This document shows positions 54,786 through 64,000 of a stretch of DNA of 64,000 nucleotides, in pieces (the first letter of the stretch is position 1; each line of letters begins with the position of its first letter). This DNA comes from the human T2T-CHM13v2.0 reference genome, Homo sapiens. The translations under genes and the position numbers were made by a program. The notes under the pieces were generated by a model that searched no databases, was not told where the DNA came from, and worked only from the letters and a program-made list of their open reading frames with translations. Location of the stretch: assembly GCF_009914755.1 (NCBI RefSeq), contig NC_060942.1; one strand, given 5' to 3'.

Positions 54786-56574
54786 TTTTTTTTTTCTTTT
54801 TTTGAAGCTTGGATAATTTAATAAATTAAAATTGGGAGTGGAGGAGTAGGGCAGAAGGAAAAAGAGGAACATCTCTTTAGCATTTGTTCATTCTAACATT
54901 CACATGTTTGCTTCTCCATGGAATTGTTTTACTATGAACAGGTTCACTAAGGAGCCAATTATGTCCATGTGAAATGAGAATAAAAGTGCAAACTCATTGA
55001 GATCAGGTTCTTCTGAGGAGTGGTGCTTTTGAAAAAAATATGTAAAATAAAAATAGAAACACTCTTTGTCAAATACTTAAATTGCAGCCACAGTAGTGGG
55101 ACAGCCACTACTTATAGAACACATGTCTATTTAAACCCTTTTTTTAGGCCAAAGACTGACACCTATGCAATTGACCTAGGAAAAGAAAGGATAAAGGAAG
55201 GAAGAGAAAGAACACTTCATGTTAGACAATTCAGTCACCTTCATTGGTTTTGACATAATTAGGGACTCAGAATTGCTCCTGCTGAGGCAATGGGAGCCCC
55301 ACTCAAGCTGAAAGCATGAGGAGGTGAGGAGGCAATTGCCTCCAGGTCCTCAGGGACAGATCTTTGTCTTTCCCCAAATCAAGCATACAACTACAAAGTC
55401 CTGCTGCTCCACTTCCAAGTCAAAGTTGATAATTCTTAGGTACCTCTAAAGAAATCTTGAGTAACAGGGTATTCTCTGATGAGGCTCCTCCCTTCAGTGC
55501 CAGTAACTAAAAGCCAAGATGTTGCAATTAATTCTTTTATTATTTTCCAATCAGCCAACAGTCCTCACTTAGGGCTTTCTTCCCTTTTTACTCAACGACT
55601 GTCCTTCTCCAGAGAAAGCAACGAATCTGCCTCCAGCTTCATCCTCTTCAAACTTTTTGACAAGGGGACATGCATTTCTGATGAAAGGTGTCTTACCAAG
55701 TTTAAATTCATGATTGGGAATTCCTCTTTTAATGTCTCCAGGCTTGATTGGGGAGGGGCTTTCTTTCTTTCCATCCAGTCTGTTGCCAGAGCCGGAGAAG
55801 GCACGGAAGCCCAGCTCTCCAGCATAGCCACTGTGGTCGGCTTCACCTTCTGTCAACTCCTCGTGCTGGACTTGTCTTTCGGGTTCTTTGTAGCCCAGGG
55901 GAGCATCAGAGTCCACGTTTGTGTCACACTCAGTGATGGACACTGCCTTGTTGGGTTTGGTTTCCATCACACGCAGTTCGAGTTCATAGATCTTTTCATT
56001 ACAGTTGATGGCAGTCACATTCCCGGTGGTCAGACAGGCAAAGTTCCTAAGTGCGTTGTCTAATACAGCTTTGGGGTTAGTGATGTCCAGGATGTCAGGG
56101 CTCTGAGGCTGGAATTTGGAGTAGGTGGCCACTTGAAGGTTGACACTCTCCACCTAGACCAGGCTGCCTTCTTCCAAGAGCAAGTTCTGCATCATCCAGT
56201 GTGGGAGGTAGCAGATGCCCTCATCAGCCACAAACTCCAGCACGCCACAGTGCGTCATGCGGTCCAAATTCTTACTGGTCAGTTTGAACAGCATGGGATA
56301 GGTAATGTTAAGTTGGCTGAGTTGGTCCAGGGCTGAGGGCAGCATAATTATCTTCCCTCCTTTCTCCACATCTGACTTGTCATTAGGCCCTGCTAGCGTG
56401 GACACAGAGAAGCAGCGGTAGTGTGTGGAGAAGCGGTTTTGGAAGACCCTGGGAATTAGGTGGTTGAACATGTTGAAAGAGAACATGATGGACACCACCT
56501 CACAGACACCGCTTCTCTCAGGGAATGCGACAAAGGCACCCTGCCGACCGCTGTCCTCGCTGCCGCCGCCACCC
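54786..56574 (-). pseudogene. UFD1: full-length processed pseudogene of UFD1 (ubiquitin recognition factor in ERAD 1); CDS homology 56486-55569
   Basis: intronless; [60 protein letters not shown] matches UFD1; TAG at 56156-56154 (codon 111); GC-rich 5'UTR; ATTAAA at 54822-54817; poly-A 54803-54786; TSD beginning cagtgtg at 54778 and 56575. Confidence 0.97.
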
Positions 56575-56669
56575 CAGTGTGTTGTTTTTAACCTTGACTT
56601 CTAAAAGATCAGAATGCAGATCTCCTTAAGCATAAAATTCATCAAAAAGTGTACTCTCTCTCTATATAT

Positions 56670-56967
56670 ATATTTTGAGACAGAGTCTTGCTATGCCACC
56701 CAGGCTAGAATGCAGTGGTGCGAACATGGCTTACTGCAGCCTCAAACCCCTGGGCTGAAGTGATTCTCCTACCTCAGCCTTCCAAGTAGCTGGAACTACA
56801 GGCACGTGCCACCACACCCAGCTTATTAAATTTTTTTTTTTTTTTTTTGTAGAGACAGGGTCTTGATATGTGCCCAGGCTGGTATGAAACTCCTGGGCTC
56901 AAGTGAGCCTCCTGCCTTGGCCTCCCAAAGTGCTGGGACTACTGGTGTGAGCCACCACACTTGGCCA
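56670..56967 (-). mobile_element. Alu (AluJ-like)
   Basis: antisense Alu, catggcttactgcagcctc..ctcctgggctcaagtga; tail converted to (TC)n(TA)n. Confidence 0.94.
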
Positions 56968-58110
56968 GAGTGCCCATTCTTAGCAAACTCCAAAATGTTT
57001 GTTCTGGGGTCTCAGGCAATGCCTTGCCATTTCTGGTGCCTGCCCCTCCCACACTGCAGCCTGGGAATTGCTGTGGTTGGTGAGGCGGTGCAGTCCCTTG
57101 TGTGTGCCCATCCCCTACATGGGAAGCACACTGGTGGGTGCAGGCTTTCAGGCTCTAACCAGAGTCTAGAATTTGGCCTGTGAGCCTTTTGACCAGAGGC
57201 TTGTTAACAGACAAGCAATTCCTTTCAACACTGGAATCTTTTCTGGATAGGAAAAGAAAGCTCATTGTCAACATGCCCGGTGTACTCAGAGTCTCTCCCT
57301 GGCCCACACAAAGGCCATGAATCCCCTGGATAAACAGATTATCAATGTAAGTACCTTTTCTCTCACCAATTCACAGACATTTATTGAAGACCTGCTATCT
57401 GCTGGGTGTTAGGAAGACACACTTCTAGAGTGTTATTTGTGCCCTTGAGGAACTCAAGGTCTAGTGTGGGAACAAACGTGTAACCCAGCAAGTTTGTGCA
57501 GACCGATAAAGACACAGCATGAACAGCGATGAGGAAAAGCAGCCCTCGGGTAGAAGTTCAGAGAATCTGCTTGGCCAAAGTGGGGTGGAGGCGCCGCCCA
57601 GGTAGAGGGCACAGAGGCCTGCACTTGGGCGCGGAGGTGGAAAGGACAGTGCTTGTTCTGGAAATGCAGTTTATGGTTAAGGAAAATGTTGCAGAATGTG
57701 TGTCCAGAACCCCCAGAGCCCTGGATCTCTCAATGAGAGGCTCTCCCCAGGAGAGGCTGGCTGGGGTAAAACTGACAGGATGAGTGATTCACGTTGCCCA
57801 TTTCACTTTCATTCTAAGACATTCATACTTAGCGTGGAATGCTAGGTGAAGCCATTTTTACTGTTAACTATACATTAAAAAAAATTTTAGTGCCTATGCA
57901 TGTAATTGAATTAGTGAAAATTAAGTGAAAGAATGATGCAACCCCAATGGAGAGATCTTTTTCAAATACCCAAAGAACACCTTCAAAGTACACATCCAGT
58001 GCTATTCAAAAACTCTGTTTTGAGCTGACTGCCATTAGGCTCTCAAAGGTTATATAAGAGAGACACCCTTGGGCATTGGAGGCACCGTAGTGTGACGGTT
58101 AATAGCATGA

Positions 58111-58654
<544 letters not shown>

Positions 58655-58803
58655 TCTCAGATAGCATTTCAAATGCTCCTTCAAGATGATAATGAAAATG
58701 ATATCATAACACATTGTGCCTTTTCTTCACAGCATCTCTATTTTAGTTCTGTGTGTATCTGTGATTAATTTATGCGTGCCTCCAGCACTACCCTTTTTTG
58801 TTT

Positions 58804-60597
58804 GGGTTTGGATCGTAATTCCAAAAGACACAATCCTGAAAGCCAAAATCCCGAATGTTGAAATTCTGAAAGACCAAACTCCCAGAAGTCTAAAATCCCT
58901 AATGTCTAAAAATCCTGAAAATCACAGTCACATGTTGGGTGGAACTATTACCTTGTTACTGTCTTTATGCAGAAGAAAATGAATTTCAATAGAATTTCCA
59001 AACCATAATCACAGATTTGGAATTAGGTGTGCTCAAAGCTACTAAAAGTGAATTTCTAGTTGTTAAAAATAAAGTTTGTCTTTCCCACTCAGCTCAATGC
59101 ATTTGGTGGAAAATTCAAGTGAATAGATTGGTTATATGATATGGCAAGGACAAAAACTTTAGTTTAAAAATTTGTCATCTTTGAGTATTGGCATTTCTTC
59201 CGCCTGATGACATTGCAGGAACTTTTAATAAATTAAAGCCACATTTGGCTGAAGAAGCCAGAGAAGTTACTGACTGGCTAGGAAATAATTATATGCACAG
59301 TAAGATAAGAAGACACTTAGGCAACGGTGTTGCTGTTGGATCACGGTATTGTTTCCAACACATTTGTCTGTATATGAGTGCATGTAAAATGGATTTCTGC
59401 ATACCCAAAACAACAGAGAGGCAGAGCACAGAAGATGGGAAAATTTAATAGGAATGCTGATGTCAATGTATATAAAATTATAGAAGAATTCCAGAAAGGG
59501 CAGAGCCACGGAGAAAATGAATGTGAATGTATTCACTGAAGACAGCCATGTCCTAAAAGAAAAACAAACAAACAAACAAAAAAAACTCCCCAAAAAACCC
59601 ATCAGACCTAAATGCAAGACTTCAAAATATAGTCAATGATTGTGAAAGTCGGCCGGCTTTTGTAGACTAACTCTGTGCAATTGCCCATAATTTATCCCTG
59701 TAATACACTTTTTATAGGTGTTAATTTCTAGCTTTTATCTTTTTTCAAGTTTTTTTTCCACGATTTTAAATTGTCCACATTATTTTTTACAATTCGCTAT
59801 GCTATGCATTTAATCTTTGCATCGTTCCAATACTGGAGCTATAAATTGTCTAAAGATTTTTAGAGAATTCTCATTCATTTTATGCATTTTTGTTTTTTGC
59901 AAATTTAACTCCACAAAGATGCATTATCACAGCGTTGGCTTTGTTTGTAAGCATTGTGCATGTACCTAAAATAAAAACATTGAAACTTCTTCAGTAAATG
60001 AAGAGGTGTCCTTTTTGTGCATCTGCATTTGTGAAAGATAAAATTTCTTGAGCTCTTGGCTCTTTGGGTGAATGGTGTGTTGGTGATGTGGTGGTGACCC
60101 ATCACAGGTTTTGATTGATCTCATCGAAAGACTTAGGTTGTCTGTCATAGTACTTCAGCTGACTGTAGTTATAAAGCTGAGTGCACACAATTATCATAGT
60201 GAAGGTCTTTAAAATACTTGAAATAGAAGAATATTGATTCCATGTTAAAATCTTTTGATTTTAACATGGTATGCATGTGTGTATTTCACTTATCTATTTC
60301 TTTATGAATGTGGTTTATCTGCTTATAACTGTTATACCCATGTGACTATCATTAGTATACCTGAATGTTTATGCTTGCAAACATATTATGTTATTATTGC
60401 CTATTTTATTGTGTAGAGTGGCCTATGAAGTATTGTCATGTTTTTATGTTTCTCAAATAAAGTCACTTTTAAAAATGTTAAGTAAATATCTTTAAAATAA
60501 TTTTTAAAATTATTTTTCCATGATAATATTTTCAGGACTTCAACACTTGGAACTATGGTGTTCATAATTGTGTCTTTTGAGATCATGATTGGCTCCA
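58804..60597 (+). mobile_element. Mutator/MULE DNA transposon (Ricksha_c-like) with both TIRs and decayed transposase
   Basis: left TIR gggtttggatcgtaattccaaaagacacaatcc..tgttgaaattctgaaa is inverted at 60529-60597; 9-bp TSD tttttgttt/gttttgttc; frame from 59005 IITDLELGVLKATKSEF..KVCLSHSAQCIWWKIQ..LAFLPPDDI has the MULE D..CxxH motif. Confidence 0.9.
60200..60269. other. templated insertion copied from 62680-62746 (inverted + direct + inverted segments)
   Basis: 60215-60258 is identical to 62680-62723 (44 bp); 60200-60217 is the reverse complement of 62729-62746; 60257-60269 is the reverse complement of 62705-62717. Confidence 0.92.
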
Positions 60598-60658
60598 GTT
60601 TTGTTCACCACTGTGGCCCAGTTTAGCATAGTATTTGTCACATAGAAGGTATGTGATT

Positions 60659-61127
<469 letters not shown>

Positions 61128-61344
61128 TTAGGTATGCTGTTCTCTAGTCCTATAGTGGACTGAGTAATGAACAATTTGTGTGTCGTTAGCTAAGTTCCAA
61201 TAGTTCTATTAGCTAAGTTTTTATGGTGAAAATGCTTTAGGTTCAATATTATGCCCTTGGCTCTGAGTGTTGATTTAAGAAATGGAGACCTTCTAGGTCA
61301 TCTGTGGAGCCACTGAAAAGGATTTTATGCACAGTGTGGCAATT

Positions 61345-61572
61345 TGGAGCAGGAGTTTGGAAGTAGGTTGCCTGGGCCCAGGTTATTGCTGCTTCGTTTT
61401 AGCTGTAACCACGGGTGACTTATTTCTCTGTGCCTTTGTTTTCTAACCTGTAAAGCAGGCATAATAATCTACCTTACAGTGCTGTTATGAGGATTAAATT
61501 ACTAATACATATGAAGAGTTTAGGAGAGTATTTGGCACATAGTCGATATTCAATATATGTTAGCTATTATTT
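61345..61572 (+). mobile_element. MIR
   Basis: gtgacttatttctctgtgcct..ttttctaacctgtaaagcaggcataataatctacctt..gttatgaggattaaat..tggcacatagt. Confidence 0.8.
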
Positions 61573-62173
61573 TATAAGGACTTATGGGACAAATTCTTCC
61601 TGGAATTTGGTAGAAAAACTAAAATAGTAACTCTTGAAGAGCTGGTATATGTATTTTTTAGTTTATGGTAGATTTACTATAGGCCACTACATTTCTTCTT
61701 TTGACTTATTATCAGAAATTTTAGAGCTAAATTTAGTGCTGAAGTGCAGCAAATATCTCATCTCTGACTCTGTATCATCCTTCTGTCTATATTCTTTGTT
61801 ATTTCTTATCTTCATCCTGTGTACCCAGATATCTTTTTTAAAACTTGAAATCTACCTCAAATCCTTTTAGGAAGTAGGCGGGGACACATATAATAAATGC
61901 ATGAATTCCAAATAATAGAAAGAAAACACATTTTAGGTGATATTTACTTCAGGTAAACTTTATGTGATCCAAAATTTTCCCTATGATCCTGTATAGACTG
62001 TTTCACTCCTTTTTGAATAACTAAAAGCAAATTCAGTATTCTGGTGGGAACCATTTATTATGGAAATTCTAATATAAATTATGTATCAAATGCTAACTAG
62101 AAATTGCAAAATTTTGCTGGAAGTATTTGAAAAGTTCAAATTATTTTCCACTATTCATATCATAGCATCATAA

Positions 62174-62567
<394 letters not shown>

Positions 62568-64000
62568 ACAATTTCTTTTTAGAAATGAGACAAAATTGTA
62601 TTTTTATGGCATTGTGATGTTGGACAATCTCAGCAGTTCGGTATTTCATTTGACCCTCTACTCAGGGCAACACCTGAACTACTTGAAATAGAAGAATATT
62701 GATTCCATGTTAAAATCTTTTGAAAAAGGTATTTTAAAGACCTTCATTAATAACTCACCTCAAGACTTAGCATTTCTCTTTTTTCTGTTTAATTTACATC
62801 TGCAAATTGAAGACAAAATTCATACCTCTATTGGGCAGGGAACAGAGAAGTAATTGACCATTTGTTGCATAACAGCCCATTGGGGAAAACCAGTAAAGAC
62901 CAACTCATTCATTCATTCAGTCTTCAATCAATATATATTTATAGATTGCCATCTATGTGCTATGCACATGCTGGATTGTACAGATGCTCTTACGAGTCCT
63001 TATGCTTAATGAGTTTTATAGACTAGCAGGTGGAGACAACAAGCAATGAAATAAAAAAGAATTTTGAAAATGAACTCTTTCTGTCTGTGTTTTGATCAAG
63101 ACATTGACATAATGGACATGGGAAACCAAAGTCAATGTGAAATAAGTTCCCTGTGACACAGGATTTATAAGGTAATGAATGCACTAGGACTAGTGCATTA
63201 AAGTTTGGACCCCTCATCCAGATGAAGGTTGTACAAGCTTGCAGAGCAGAAAGAAGGATTTGAGGAAGATTTTCTTGGAGGAAATGATGTTTAGAAGCCT
63301 CTAATTTTCTATCTGAAGGGGTAGGGTGGGAGGAGAGCACCACATTCTTTCCCTCAATCCTTTAATAGGTTCACTTGGAGAGCTCTGTGTGTTTTAGGAA
63401 TGGGGGGAAGCTTGCACTGGGGTCTCACTCTTCCTTTGGAAATCCAGAAGGTGACAGAAAGGATGATACACTGCTTTGATGCTGCACAGGGATCAGCCTG
63501 CGTGCCTAGAGTTTATCAGAAGACATGTGAGTGTTTTTCATGGAAGAAAGGGCCAAACTGGAACCATCCTAATTCCTGCTGTGGAGCAAAGGGAGAGGGC
63601 TGATGGTAGGACTTAAAGATCAATGCATCCCCTCCCCTTCTCATCTTGAGAATTGCAGGTAAAGAGAGTCCCTAAGGATGAGAATTCCAAAAAATTGAAA
63701 ACAGAACACCAACTCATGAGGGTAAGAGTTCAGCTCTAATAAGTTGCTTGACCCAGATAGCTCAAAGCCACCTAACCACTATTTTTATTTGCTAAATCGG
63801 TCAACTGTTTGCTTCCTTCCCTTCTTGTCCATAGCTGAATGAGCTGCTGTCCAGCGTGAAAGAGTAGGGAGAGAGCAGAAGCTGGTCACACCCCTCTCTG
63901 GCAGCAGGCAGCTGCCAAATGTAGGCCTAAGCAAGAGAGAGAGGAAGAATTAACTTTGAAGGAATATTGAGGAGTTGCTTAATATTTTGGGGAGAACACA

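Noticed and set aside
55479-56063. 194-aa + strand ORF
   Set aside because: Antisense shadow of the UFD1 pseudogene CDS.

Overview
Primate (very likely human) AT-rich non-coding genomic DNA with no intact protein-coding gene that I can support. About half of the window is interspersed repeat. It contains 16 Alus (many with readable target-site duplications, TSDs), a near full-length old L1MA on + (~18.4-26.4 kb) and an internally deleted L1MA on - (~38-44 kb) that hosts an Alu and a young L1PA 3' fragment. Also present are L2/MIR/CR1 remnants, MaLR and ERVL LTRs, hAT MITEs, a tRNA-Ile-derived ancient SINE, and a complete Mutator-family (Ricksha-like) DNA transposon with terminal inverted repeats (TIRs), a 9-bp TSD and a decayed MULE transposase. 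The only gene-derived feature is a full-length processed pseudogene of UFD1 (- strand), disabled by one nonsense codon. The most unusual signals are: (1) a ~67-bp three-segment templated insertion at 60.2 kb, copied exactly from a donor 2.5 kb away, with an inverted Alu pair between them; (2) a 24-bp VNTR with an apparently identical 419-bp higher-order duplication, apparently seeded in a MER102-like MITE; (3) an ancient ~170-bp direct duplication bracketing an L1M fragment. I see no evidence for a new multi-gene system; the novelty is at the level of mutational mechanism and repeat evolution. Repeat subfamily names come from my recall of consensus sequences and need RepeatMasker/Dfam confirmation.
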